Assembly: GCA_963785235.1 (NCBI GenBank)
Contig: CAWAUM010000011.1
Coordinates: 233,724 to 297,723, forward strand
Direction: 5' to 3'
Length of the DNA stretch: 64,000 nucleotides
From: an uncultured delta proteobacterium
GTDB taxonomy: Bacteria > Desulfobacterota > Desulfomonilia > UBA1062
Shown: positions 31,268 through 40,722 of the stretch, piece after piece
Numbering within the stretch: position 1 is the stretch's first letter
Layout: every line of letters begins with the position of its first letter
Made by a program: the position numbers and the translations under genes
The notes under the pieces: generated by a model
The model's input: the letters and a program-made list of their open reading frames with translations, nothing else
The model's database searches: none
What the model was told of the DNA's origin: nothing

Positions 31268-31714
31268 ATGATAACCCGCAAGAAGGCATTTGCAGAAGAT
31301 CTCCTGCTCCTTCAGGACAGGATGAACAGGGTTTTTGAGGAGAGTCTGAGGGAAACCGGTATTTCCCGGAATCCAGGACAGTGGATTCCCTACGTGGATA
31401 TGTTTGAGGATGATGTATCGCTTATACTCAAGGTCGAGCTTCCTGGTGTGAGGCGCGAGGATATTGGACTCGATATTACTGAGGGTATTCTCACCATCAG
31501 CGGCAAGAAGCCCTTTGAGCACGAGGAAACCTCTGAGAGTTTTCATGTCATGGAGCGGCAATACGGGCTTTTCAAGAGATCTTTCACCTTGCCCGGGTCG
31601 GTGGATGTTGAGAGCATTGAAGCCGGATATCATGCAGGTGTCCTGGAGGTGGTCCTTCCAAAACCCGCGGACACGAAGTCGAGAAGGATACCCATTATCA
31701 GGCAAGGCGATTAA
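31268..31714 (+). CDS. hsp20: Small heat-shock protein, Hsp20/alpha-crystallin family
   Basis: 148 aa. WIPYVDMFEDDVSLILKVELPGV..GILTISGKK and the AGYHAGVLEVVLPK alpha-crystallin core. Lies 18 nt downstream of rpoH. Confidence 0.9.
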   Translation: MITRKKAFAEDLLLLQDRMNRVFEESLRETGISRNPGQWIPYVDMFEDDVSLILKVELPGVRREDIGLDITEGILTISGKKPFEHEETSESFHVMERQYGLFKRSFTLPGSVDVESIEAGYHAGVLEVVLPKPADTKSRRIPIIRQGD

Positions 31715-32240
31715 AGATCGCAAGGTTCAGGGTATTCATCGCACTCTTTTTCGATATGATATCAACTAACTTAAAGGGATGGGGGAGTTCAGGCGTACTG
31801 AGGGTGAAAAGGTAATAAAGCCTCCCTCCCGGCATGAGGAGCTTCAAACAGACATCTTCCAAGGTGCTCAGTGGTGAAAATGACCTTGCGAGTACGGCAT
31901 CGAATTGCCCGACTTCATCATGGAAAGGGTCATGTGGGAGGATTTCCACATCAGATAGGTTAAGCAATTCGATTGTATGCTGCAAGAAGGTGCATTTTTT
32001 GACGCTCCGCTCAATCAGGCAGATATGCGAGTCAGGATGGAGGATTTTGTAAGGGATTGCAGGCAATCCTGATCCTGAGCCAAGATCGGCAAGAACAGGC
32101 TCTTCTATTTGCATTAGCAGGGGCAGCATTACTTCAAGCTCATCTTCAATACCTGTAAGCATAGAAGGCCCCATCAGGTGGAGCTTGCCGTTATAACGCC
32201 TCAGCTCCCGGATCCATGTTTTTAGCCTCTCGTCCATCAT
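31698..32240 (-). CDS. rsmG: 16S rRNA (guanine527-N7)-methyltransferase RsmG (GidB)
   Basis: 180 aa. SAM motif LADLGSGSGLPAIP. Follows mnmE with a 4-nt overlap. Confidence 0.85.
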   Translation of the reverse strand: MMDERLKTWIRELRRYNGKLHLMGPSMLTGIEDELEVMLPLLMQIEEPVLADLGSGSGLPAIPYKILHPDSHICLIERSVKKCTFLQHTIELLNLSDVEILPHDPFHDEVGQFDAVLARSFSPLSTLEDVCLKLLMPGGRLYYLFTLSTPELPHPFKLVDIISKKSAMNTLNLAIFNRLA

Positions 32241-33559
32241 TTTCCGACGCAGAAACGGGAGAATATCCGCTCAAGGATGTCCTCATCAGCGGTCTCGCCG
32301 GTCATTTGTCTGAGATGATCCATTGCATGCTTCAGATCAATAGTGAGTACGTCTGCGGTGAATCCTTCTAGGGTGGCCTTCAGGCAGGAGTTAAGGCTGT
32401 CAAGGGTCTTGCCAAGGAGGTATGTGTGCCTGTCCAGGAACACCAGCGGCTGGTCGTGTGGAAATGCCCGCCTCATGGCGGTTAATAACTCGTCAATGCC
32501 AAGAGCATATTTGGCCGAGATGCCAACCGTATCATACCCCGGGGCATCATTGACCTCTCCTTCAACCAGGTCCTTCTTATTCATTACCACAATAGTCTTT
32601 TCCGCCAGGTCCAGCCACTGTCTCTCATGGGATTTGATCCCCTCCCGGGCATCCACTACATAAAGGACAAGGTTGGATGCCTTCAAGGTCTCAATGGTCT
32701 TTTCCACCCCGATCCGCTCAGGTCCTGATGCAGTTTCCCTGATTCCGGCGGTGTCGTGGAATACAAAGTCCATACCGCCCAGGTACAAATGCTCCCTCAG
32801 GACATCCCGGGTCGTTCCTTCCTCATGGTGTACAATGGCCCTGTTATACCCTAAGATAGCGTTGAAGAGCGATGACTTGCCCACATTGGGCAGTCCTGCA
32901 ATGGTTGTAACAATACCTTCATATATCCCTTTGGCCTCTGTAGCGTCTTTGAGAAGCCCGGAGATTTGTGAAGTGATGTGGGTAAGCGTTTCGAGGAGTG
33001 TTTCTTGCCCGATGGGTTCATCCTCAATGATAAAGGATGCTTCAATATCGGCTAGTATCACCATGATAACTTCGATCATAGACTTGACCCTGCCTGAAAG
33101 CTCACCTTTCAGGAGTGCATGTGCCATCTCGCAGCCTATTGGACTTGAAGAGCCGATGAGTGCGCCAACGGCCTCGGCCTGGACCAGGTCCATCTTGTGG
33201 TTTAAAAAGGCCCTCCTGGTGAATTCTCCCTTGTGTGCCAGGCGTGCTAGGCCGGTGGATGAGATTGCTCCCATAATACGCTCCACCACCAGCGGGTTGC
33301 CGTGGCAGCTTATTTCGGCCAGGTCTTCTCCGGTATATGAGTCAGGGCCGGGGTGGAACACGAGCATAGTCTGGTCTATGATAGCGCCCTTGCTATCTTT
33401 AATGAGTTCGAGGAACTGAGTGTGGGGTGAGAGTTTATGGTTTGAGCTGATCCTTGAAATAATATCAAGCGTATGCACTCCGCTCATGCGGATAATGCTG
33501 ATAGCGCCGTGACCTCTCGGGGTCGACTCGGCATAGATGGTGTCTTTTACCGTCTCGAT
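32237..33559 (-). CDS. mnmE: tRNA modification GTPase MnmE (TrmE); start codon uncertain
   Basis: G-domain GLPNVGKSSLFN, DTAG, NKKD, and the C-terminal FCVGK. The conserved N-terminus KDTIYAESTPRGHGAISIIRMSG is encoded in frame upstream of the track ORF start (33487). No ATG/GTG/TTG lies before it (see findings). Confidence 0.9.
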   Translation of the reverse strand: METVKDTIYAESTPRGHGAISIIRMSGVHTLDIISRISSNHKLSPHTQFLELIKDSKGAIIDQTMLVFHPGPDSYTGEDLAEISCHGNPLVVERIMGAISSTGLARLAHKGEFTRRAFLNHKMDLVQAEAVGALIGSSSPIGCEMAHALLKGELSGRVKSMIEVIMVILADIEASFIIEDEPIGQETLLETLTHITSQISGLLKDATEAKGIYEGIVTTIAGLPNVGKSSLFNAILGYNRAIVHHEEGTTRDVLREHLYLGGMDFVFHDTAGIRETASGPERIGVEKTIETLKASNLVLYVVDAREGIKSHERQWLDLAEKTIVVMNKKDLVEGEVNDAPGYDTVGISAKYALGIDELLTAMRRAFPHDQPLVFLDRHTYLLGKTLDSLNSCLKATLEGFTADVLTIDLKHAMDHLRQMTGETADEDILERIFSRFCVGK

Positions 33560-34284
33560 GCCTTCCTCGGCACAATGATCACTTTTTTATAAATACCTTC
33601 GCCAATACTCTTGGTATTAAGCCCGTTCTCATTCTTGAGGGCAAGATGAATGATCCTGCGGTCATAAGGATTCATCTTTTCCAGAGAGATGGCCTGGCCG
33701 GTGCGCTTGGCCTTTTGCCCCATCTTCAACGCCATGGACTTGAGATAGCTCACATGCCTTTGTCGGTACCCTTCCGTGTCCAGGGTTATAAACACCGGTT
33801 CGGACCTCGATTTGTTGATGATCCGGTTGAGGATAAACTGTAAAGAATCCAGTGTCTGTCCTCGTTTGCCGATTATCAGACCGGAACCGTCACCCATGAT
33901 CTCAAGGAGACCTTCTTCACGGACCTTTACCTCTCCGGGCATGTTCAGCAGCCTTAAGAGGTCGCTGACAACCCCTTGTGCCTCTAGAAGCATTTCCGGC
34001 GTTGGTGCCTGGGATTCGCTGGGAGGCTCCGGTTTAGGTTCTGCAGAAGGGGCCGGGGTTGTCTTAATTACTTCTGCTTTGATTCTATCGGGTTTTAAGA
34101 CGGCCTTTTCATGCCTGACCAGTATCTTTGCAGTTTTGTTACCAATGATTCCGAACAGACCCTTGGAGCCCTCGGAAACGACCTTGACCTCGAGGTCGTC
34201 AAAATCAGCATGCAAGGTCTTCATGGCAAGGATGACTGCCTCGTCTACGGTCTTGGCTTCAAATTCTCGGAAATCCTCTTCCAT
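33547..34284 (-). CDS. jag: RNA-binding protein Jag (KH + R3H domains)
   Basis: 245 aa. Jag_N region, KH-like GKRGQTLDSLQFI, and R3H (MNPYDRRIIHLALK). Sits in the yidC-jag-mnmE order. Confidence 0.85.
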   Translation of the reverse strand: MEEDFREFEAKTVDEAVILAMKTLHADFDDLEVKVVSEGSKGLFGIIGNKTAKILVRHEKAVLKPDRIKAEVIKTTPAPSAEPKPEPPSESQAPTPEMLLEAQGVVSDLLRLLNMPGEVKVREEGLLEIMGDGSGLIIGKRGQTLDSLQFILNRIINKSRSEPVFITLDTEGYRQRHVSYLKSMALKMGQKAKRTGQAISLEKMNPYDRRIIHLALKNENGLNTKSIGEGIYKKVIIVPRKASRR

Positions 34285-34293
34285 TCTTCTCTC

Positions 34294-35887
34294 CTATGCG
34301 GTTTTCCTGTTTATGTAAGCCTGCTGGGCAATTGAGAGGATATTGCTCACGAGCCAGTATATGACCAGACCGGAGGGGAAGCTCAGGAACATGAAGGTAA
34401 AGACAACCGGCATGAAAAGCATGATCTTCTGCTGCATGGGATCACCCGTGGTAGGCGTCATTTTCTGCATGATAAACTGGCTCGCCCCCATGAGGATGGG
34501 AGTGATGTAGTAGGGATCGCTGGCTGAAAGATCCGGGAGCCAGGTGCCGAACATATGGAACGGGGTGTGTCTGAGCTCAATGGCCTGGTAGAACACCTTG
34601 TAGAGGGCAAAGAGAATGGGGATCTGCAGGAGCATGGGCAGGCAACCACCCATGGGGTTGATCTTGTGCTCCTTGTAGAGCCGCATGAGCTCCTGGTTCA
34701 TCTTCTGTTTGTCGTCCTTGTACTGCTGCTGGACCTCCTTCATGAGCGGCTGGATCTTCTGGAGCTCCTTCATGGAGGTGAAGCTCTTGAGGGTCAGAGG
34801 ATAGAGAAGGAACTTGATGATGATGGTCAGGATGATGATAGTCCACCCGTAGCTGCCCACGTATTTGTAAATCCAGTTCATGGACATGAGCAGCGGTTTG
34901 GCGATGATGTCGAAGAATCCGAAATCCAGGGCCTTGTTCAGCTTGTATCCCACAGCCTCCAGGGGTTTCAGCTCTTTGGGGCCTAAGAAGATGATATTGT
35001 CCTTGATCAGTGATGAACCGGCTGCAATAGTGGCTGGGGCAAAGGTGTAGTTGAGCTCCACAGTCTTGTCGCTGGTACGTTTTATGATGAGAGTGGTACT
35101 CGAAGGTGTCTTGGGAATGATGGTCTGGAGAAAGTACTTATCCTCAAACCCGAACCACTGGATCTCTCCGGTGAAATCCCTATAACTCCCGATATTCTTA
35201 ACCTTGTCGATCTTGAATTCTTCAAGGTGCTTGCCGTTCAGCAGAACAGGGCCTTCAAAGGCGTACCCGCTGCTCTTTTCATCAATCTTATAGGTATGGT
35301 TAAACACGATCCCGCCGGATACGGACATGGGTGAGGCGGTATGATTTTCAATAATAGCCTGGTATCCTATCTGATAGGTTTTGGGGTCTATGGTGAATAC
35401 TTTTTTCAGGGTGATGGCGGGCGATGCCTGGCTTCGGAATTCAATGACCTGTGGTATGTCGGCAAGTGTCACGGGACCCTGCTGGGATGATTCATAAACA
35501 AGGCCGACATCTGTGAACCCACCGGAAAGAACAAGGTTAGGCATTGGGGCTTTGATGATCTCAACCGGCTTTGCGTCCTTGTCCATGGAGGTAAGGTATT
35601 TCTTCAATTTTAAAGAGGTGATCTGGGCACCTTTCGTGCTGAAGGTGGCAGTATACAAGGGGGTATCTATGATGACATCGTTACCAGCAATACTGAGAGT
35701 TTGCGGGGCTGTGGTCGGGGCGACATCGATGGGTTGTACCTCCTGAGTCGGCTGGCTTGGCGCTGCAACAATGGGCTGCCGGCTTCGGCTCAGGTGCGGT
35801 TTTTATCTTTGTCTGGTCAAAAAGCAAGCCCCAGCCGAACAGAATGGCCATTGATAAAATGATGGCAAGCAGAGTCCTTTTTTCCAT
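34294..35887 (-). CDS. yidC: Membrane protein insertase YidC (frame interrupted near 35770)
   Basis: N-terminal TM fragment MEKRTLLAIILSMAILFGWGLLF (track ORF 35681-35887), then the periplasmic domain and 60-kDa insertase core (GGCLPMLLQIPILFALY) in ORF 34294-35658. The linking sequence PIVAAPSQPTQEVQPIDVAP..TPLYTATFSTKGAQ reads through in the second frame. Confidence 0.9.
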
Positions 35888-35911
35888 CTCGTCTTCATCT
35901 CCAGATAAGTA

Positions 35912-36121
35912 TTACACAGGGTCGAAGCCGCCTTTGTGAAGCGGGTTGCAGCGAAGCACCCTCCATGCCGCCTTCAGGAGACCTCGCACAGGACCGTACT
36001 TGGCAATGGCCTGGGCTGCATACTCAGAGCAGCTTGGATAAAATCTGCACGAAGGCCTGAGCAGCGGAGAGATAACCTTCTGGTAGAGACGTATCAGTGC
36101 GATGAGTAAGGCTTTTCCCAT
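35912..36121 (-). CDS. yidD: Membrane protein insertion efficiency factor YidD
   Basis: 69 aa. [27 protein letters not shown] is the family signature. Confidence 0.9.
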   Translation of the reverse strand: MGKALLIALIRLYQKVISPLLRPSCRFYPSCSEYAAQAIAKYGPVRGLLKAAWRVLRCNPLHKGGFDPV

Positions 36122-36462
36122 GTGTGTGATCCAATGGCCTTTGCTATCTCCTGGGTGAGTTCTTGGTAACCGGTATCCGCCATGCCGTGTTTTGCGATCA
36201 GGATATAATCATGGCCCTGAGGAAACAGATGTTTGTTTCTTCTGTATATCTCTCGCAAGAGCCTTTTTGCCCTGTTTCTAACGACAGCACCCCCGACTTT
36301 TTTGCTCGCAGTTAATCCAATACGAACGTGGGGCAGATCATTTGGAGCAGCGAGGATGACCAGGTGTTTGGTGACCAGTCTCGCAACCTTGTTTTTCTCA
36401 GCCCTTTTGAATTCAATGCGTTTCCTCAGCCGTTCAGCCTGGGGGAATTTCTCGTCCGGCAT
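36094..36462 (-). CDS. rnpA: Ribonuclease P protein component RnpA
   Basis: 122 aa, basic. [25 protein letters not shown] (RNR motif). ATGA overlap with rpmH. Confidence 0.85.
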   Translation of the reverse strand: MPDEKFPQAERLRKRIEFKRAEKNKVARLVTKHLVILAAPNDLPHVRIGLTASKKVGGAVVRNRAKRLLREIYRRNKHLFPQGHDYILIAKHGMADTGYQELTQEIAKAIGSHTWEKPYSSH

Positions 36463-36596
36463 CAGACCGACAGACGTTTCCGTCCCTTGGCCCTCCTCCG
36501 GTTGATGACGAGCCTTCCACCCTTGGTGCGCATACGAATCAGGAATCCGTGCGTACGTTTCCGCCTGGTATTGTGCGGTTGAAATGTGCGCTTCAT
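36462..36596 (-). CDS. rpmH: 50S ribosomal protein L34
   Basis: Absent from the track (44 aa). Hand translation [51 protein letters not shown] lies 6 nt upstream. Confidence 0.95.
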   Translation of the reverse strand: MKRTFQPHNTRRKRTHGFLIRMRTKGGRLVINRRRAKGRKRLSV

Positions 36597-36632
36597 GAAT
36601 TACCTCAATTTCTTATAGTTTTGAGCGGTAAG

Positions 36633-36661
36633 TATTTACATGCAGGGTAGGCCATTGTCAA
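36633..36661 (-). promoter_or_regulatory. Candidate sigma-70 promoter of the rpmH-rnpA operon
   Basis: On the reverse strand: TTGACA (36661-36656), 17-nt spacer, TAAATA (36638-36633), about 35 nt upstream of the rpmH ATG. Confidence 0.45.
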
Positions 36662-36676
36662 GCAACAAAAGGCACT

Positions 36677-37393
36677 ATGGCTTCTCCTTGTCAGACACTG
36701 GCCTTGTACGCTATAGCTCACATCATGCAAAGGGTATTCTGCAAACGCGAGGTGACCCATGGTCTGGACAGGGGTCCTGATGCCGTATCCGCAAGGCTCG
36801 CTGAGCTCCTGCCGGGCAGCCGTATTGTCTGCCTGGCGCAGATTCATTCGGACAGGATCGTAAGGGCCGAGGATATCCCCCCCGGGGTGTTCCCGGAGGC
36901 GGACGGGGTCATTTCTCTGGACCCGTCCCTGGTGCTGTGCATCCGCACTGCCGACTGCGTACCGCTGCTCATGTGGGCGGAAAATACGCCAATAATCGCA
37001 GCGGTTCATGCCGGATGGAAAGGACTCGCGAAGAAGATTGTCTCCAAAACAATCGATCTCATGCGCGCACTAGGCGCGCATGAGATCCATGTAAGCATGG
37101 GGCCATCCATCGGGCCATGCTGCTATGCCGTGGGGACAGAGGTCATTGAGGCACTTCAGACCGGGCCTGACCGACACTTTGGTGGAAGGCTTTATGTGGA
37201 TCTGCACCGCATCTCGGCGCTGCAGGCCAAAAACGCCGGCGTATCGCCTGATATGATCCATCAGGTGCAGGCCTGCACCTACTGCAACAGTGACTCGTTT
37301 TTTTCCTACCGGAGAGAAGGGGAGCATACCGGCAGGAACATATCGCTCATCGGAGGACTCTCATGCTCGTTGCCGGGCTTACAGGCTCTATAG
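36677..37393 (+). CDS. pgeF: YfiH/PgeF family (laccase-domain, peptidoglycan editing factor) protein
   Basis: 238 aa. QIHSDRIV, TADCVPLL and AVHAGWKG motifs, and the C-terminal CTYC..FFSYRR. Confidence 0.8.
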   Translation: MASPCQTLALYAIAHIMQRVFCKREVTHGLDRGPDAVSARLAELLPGSRIVCLAQIHSDRIVRAEDIPPGVFPEADGVISLDPSLVLCIRTADCVPLLMWAENTPIIAAVHAGWKGLAKKIVSKTIDLMRALGAHEIHVSMGPSIGPCCYAVGTEVIEALQTGPDRHFGGRLYVDLHRISALQAKNAGVSPDMIHQVQACTYCNSDSFFSYRREGEHTGRNISLIGGLSCSLPGLQAL

Positions 37394-37980
37394 CCACCGG
37401 GAAATCCACGGTTTCGGGTATCCTGAAGGAACTTGGTGCATTCATCGTGGATGCAGACCGTGCAGCCCATGAGGTAGTTCTTCCGGGTACGAAGGCATGG
37501 AACGAGATAGTTCGGATCTTCGGTAAGAAAATATTGCAGAAATCCGGCGAGATAGATCGGGAACACTTGGGTCGTATCATATTCAACGATTCAGCCATGC
37601 GAAGCATCCTCGAGGAGGTCGTCCACCCCGAGGTTATGCACTCCATGGACGAGCAGATCAGATCCATCACGTCGGGTTTCCCCGATGCAGTAGTGATCCT
37701 TGACGTGCCGCTGCTCATTGAGACGGGCATGCATAAAGGGGTAAGCGAGGTCATCGTGGTATATTGCCCTGAAGACATGCAGATAACGCGGCTCATGATC
37801 AGGGACAATATCAGCAGGGAAGAGGCTCTCACAAAAGTCCGCGCCCAGATATCCATTGAGGAGAAGAGGAACTATGCCTCCTTGCTCATCGACAACAGCG
37901 CTTCAAGGGACAATACCAGGAAGCAGGTGAAGAACACCTATAATCGTATCAAAGAAAAGGCAGGAGATGCTCAAGGGTAA
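37363..37980 (+). CDS. coaE: Dephospho-CoA kinase
   Basis: 205 aa. MLVAGLTGSIATGKSTV P-loop and VLDVPLLIETG. Confidence 0.9.
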   Translation: MLVAGLTGSIATGKSTVSGILKELGAFIVDADRAAHEVVLPGTKAWNEIVRIFGKKILQKSGEIDREHLGRIIFNDSAMRSILEEVVHPEVMHSMDEQIRSITSGFPDAVVILDVPLLIETGMHKGVSEVIVVYCPEDMQITRLMIRDNISREEALTKVRAQISIEEKRNYASLLIDNSASRDNTRKQVKNTYNRIKEKAGDAQG

Positions 37981-38003
37981 AGGAAGCAATCGGGGCATGC
38001 CCT

Positions 38004-38906
38004 TTATCGCTTGATGGGCTGTTTGGCAGGGGGGGCTACGGTCTTTTTTATTACGATCGGAGGTTTTTCCGACAATCCGGCATCCAGGAGTTCTTTGTCA
38101 AGATCCGACAATTCATCTCCTTCCATGGCTTCGGCCACTGGCTCATCAGTATCCTCTGGGGTTATCCCCAGTGCTGCCATCTCTTTGCCGATGAGCGCTT
38201 GAAAACTCTTGGCGTCCCTGAAATGAGGGTTTATCTCAAGGGCTTTTTTCAGCCATACCAGGGCATTATTCCATTCCTTTATGTCATAATAGATCCGCGC
38301 GATATTGAAATAGAGGTGCTCGTCCTGGGGTGAGATGGTAATTGCCTTCTGATAGTTTGCCAGGGCCTCTTCCAGCATATTGGCCTTTCTCAGTTCTATT
38401 CCGAATTCATTGAAGATATGTTTGTTATCTTCTTCAAAGATGGCCTCGACCTCGGAGAGCTTTCTGAACACGTCCTTTGCTTTTGCGGTATCACCCATCT
38501 CCATGTACAGGGTCCCTATACCGAAGTTGGCCCTGATGCTTTCGGGGTCTATCTTCAATGCATTGGTATACTCGAACTCAGCCGAAAAGAGCTCGCCCCG
38601 TGCCCTTTGTTTTTCAGCCACGGCCACATGCCGGTCGTGCTCAGCCTCATTTTTTGTCTTTACCCGGTAGTTGGGGTCAAAGGTATATCGTTTCAGGAAC
38701 TCGTCATAGGCGATTTCTATGACAATGCCGGTGGGTTTTCCTTCGTTGCCCAGGAAGCTTAGTTTGACCTTTTCACTATCAATCTGTTCGGCCTGGCAAT
38801 AGTTCTTCATCTTCTGGTTCTTCTGAGTATGACCGGTCCCCAGGGTAATGGTGGATTCTTCGAAAAAAACTCCTTGAATTTTCTTGACGTATTTTGTTTG
38901 GTCCAT
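38004..38906 (-). CDS. TPR-repeat protein with acidic C-terminal tail
   Basis: 300 aa with several TPR-like units (ALANYQKAITISPQDEHLYFNIARIYYDIKEWNNALVWLKKALEINP). Confidence 0.6.
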   Translation of the reverse strand: MDQTKYVKKIQGVFFEESTITLGTGHTQKNQKMKNYCQAEQIDSEKVKLSFLGNEGKPTGIVIEIAYDEFLKRYTFDPNYRVKTKNEAEHDRHVAVAEKQRARGELFSAEFEYTNALKIDPESIRANFGIGTLYMEMGDTAKAKDVFRKLSEVEAIFEEDNKHIFNEFGIELRKANMLEEALANYQKAITISPQDEHLYFNIARIYYDIKEWNNALVWLKKALEINPHFRDAKSFQALIGKEMAALGITPEDTDEPVAEAMEGDELSDLDKELLDAGLSEKPPIVIKKTVAPPAKQPIKR

Positions 38907-39029
38907 ATTTTTTTATTATCGGTTCTTCATGCACAGAAGTTTACATAATATCATGACCAGAACCGGAGGTTGACGCATGAGCATGTAATATGGCAACCCT
39001 ATGAAGTATCACGTACATGGTAAGGGGGT

Positions 39030-39839
39030 GTGATGAAACCGATCGGCTTTATCGGCGCAGGGAATATGGCAGAGGCGATTATCTCAGGATTGATAAAGAA
39101 AGGCCTGATAAACCCCCAAGAAATCAAAGTATTCGACATCAAGCCGGAACGTATGGATCATTTGTGCAGCGTTTTGAGCATAGAATGTGCCGCATCCATG
39201 CAGGAGCTTGTCCGCTCGCGGGATATTGTAATACTCGCAACCAAGCCCGACCAGATATCGACCCTGCTGCAAGGCATTAAGGGATCTCTCGCCGGGAAGC
39301 TCATCATAAGCATAGCAGCCGGCGTAACATTGAAAAGCATGCTTGATGTACTAGGGCCACAGGCCAGGATAGTGAGGGTGATGCCCAACACGCCGGCCCT
39401 GGTGCTCGAAGGTGCCACAGTACTTGCGGCTTCATCATCATGCACAGAACAGGATAAAGAGATTGCAAAGGAGATCTTCTTTGCTGTGGGCATATGCCTT
39501 GAGATGGATGAGAAATTCATCAATGCGGTCACGGCCCTTTCAGGTTCGGGCCCGGCCTTCTGCTTCCTGTTCCTGGAGGCGATGTGCGATGGGGCGGTAA
39601 AGGCCGGTCTGCCGAGGGATGTAGCCCTACGGCTTGCAGCCGCAACCATGAAGGGGGCTGGTGCAATGGTCCTCGAACTCGGGAAGCACCCGGGCCAGCT
39701 CAAGGACATGGTAACCTCTCCTTCCGGCACAACCATTGAGGGGATATCCGTTCTTGAGTCAAAGGGTTTTCGCTCAGCCGTTATAGAGGCAATAACCGCA
39801 GCCTATAAGAGGGCAGAGATCATGTCGGGGAAGGGTTGA
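39030..39839 (+). CDS. proC: Pyrroline-5-carboxylate reductase
   Basis: 269 aa. IGFIGAGNMAEAI Rossmann motif, and the MPNTPALV and SPSGTTIEG motifs. Confidence 0.9.
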   Translation: MMKPIGFIGAGNMAEAIISGLIKKGLINPQEIKVFDIKPERMDHLCSVLSIECAASMQELVRSRDIVILATKPDQISTLLQGIKGSLAGKLIISIAAGVTLKSMLDVLGPQARIVRVMPNTPALVLEGATVLAASSSCTEQDKEIAKEIFFAVGICLEMDEKFINAVTALSGSGPAFCFLFLEAMCDGAVKAGLPRDVALRLAAATMKGAGAMVLELGKHPGQLKDMVTSPSGTTIEGISVLESKGFRSAVIEAITAAYKRAEIMSGKG

Positions 39840-39863
39840 TACCTTAAGACTCCTACCATGCTC

Positions 39864-39891
39864 TAAATCTCGGCTTGTAAATCTCGGCTTG
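39864..39891. repeat. Exact 14-nt tandem duplication (taaatctcggcttg x2)
   Basis: Units at 39864-39877 and 39878-39891, directly 5' of the 39902-39950 palindrome. Confidence 0.8.
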
Positions 39892-39901
39892 AAAAACCTG
39901 T

Positions 39902-39950
39902 CCTCTACAGAATGATCATCTCGCCATGCGAGATGATCATTCTGTAGAGG
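39902..39950. terminator. Perfect 23-bp palindrome with 3-nt loop; probable terminator between convergent proC and the LOG-family gene
   Basis: cctctacagaatgatcatctcgc (39902-39924), cat, gcgagatgatcattctgtagagg (39928-39950). On the reverse strand the hairpin is followed by acaggTTTTTc. On the forward strand no T-run follows. Confidence 0.6.
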
Positions 39951-39998
39951 CTAAATAAAGCTTACTTGCAGCAGACAACAGGGTATCTAAGGTTATTA

Positions 39999-40652
39999 TT
40001 AATACACCTTTGAATTCTTGATGATCTCCACGGCGTCTCTCGGCGAGTCCACCAGTGTATAGATGGACCTGTCTTCAGGCAGTATCATGCCGTCTTCCAG
40101 CATGGTGTCCTCGATCCATTCAAGCAGGCCGGCCCAGTACTGTGAACCTATCATGATCACCGGGAAGGGCTTGAGCTTGTCGGTCTGGATCAGGGTGAGG
40201 GCCTCGAAGAGTTCGTCCATGGTTCCGAATCCGCCGGGGAAAATGACATAGCTCATGGCATACTTGACAAACATGACCTTGCGCACGAAGAAGTAACGGA
40301 AATTGATGTGTATGGTGGTATAGGGGTTGGACTTCTGTTCAAAGGGCAGAACGATATTCAGCCCCACTGACTGTCCTCCTGCCTCATGGGCCCCTTTGTT
40401 TGCCGCCTCCATGATGCCCGGGCCGCCACCTGTTATTACCGAGAATCCTTCATTGGCCAGCATCCGTCCCAACTCTTCGGCCATGTTATAATACTTGTCT
40501 CCTGGTTTTGACCTGGCAGAGCCGAAGATTGTTACTGCCGGCTCCAGGGGGGACAATTGCTCGATGCCGTCAACGAACTCGGCCATGACCCTGAAGACCC
40601 TCCACGATTCCTGTGGTTTGATCTGGTCGATGATATATTTCTCGCTCTTCAT
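39999..40652 (-). CDS. LOG family protein (TIGR00730-type nucleotide phosphoribohydrolase; formerly 'lysine decarboxylase-like')
   Basis: 217 aa. GGGPGIMEAANKGA and PGGFGTMDELFE motifs. Confidence 0.85.
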   Translation of the reverse strand: MKSEKYIIDQIKPQESWRVFRVMAEFVDGIEQLSPLEPAVTIFGSARSKPGDKYYNMAEELGRMLANEGFSVITGGGPGIMEAANKGAHEAGGQSVGLNIVLPFEQKSNPYTTIHINFRYFFVRKVMFVKYAMSYVIFPGGFGTMDELFEALTLIQTDKLKPFPVIMIGSQYWAGLLEWIEDTMLEDGMILPEDRSIYTLVDSPRDAVEIIKNSKVY

Positions 40653-40722
40653 GGAAGCTCTCCTTAAAGAAACTCACAATCAATTGCCTTATCGGCATTG
40701 AGAGTGGTAGGATTTATCAGTC

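Noticed and set aside
39864-39950. Tandem 14-mer plus palindromes considered as a miniature CRISPR array.
   Set aside because: There are only two directly abutting repeat units with no spacers, no cas genes are in the window, and the other palindromes are dispersed single copies.
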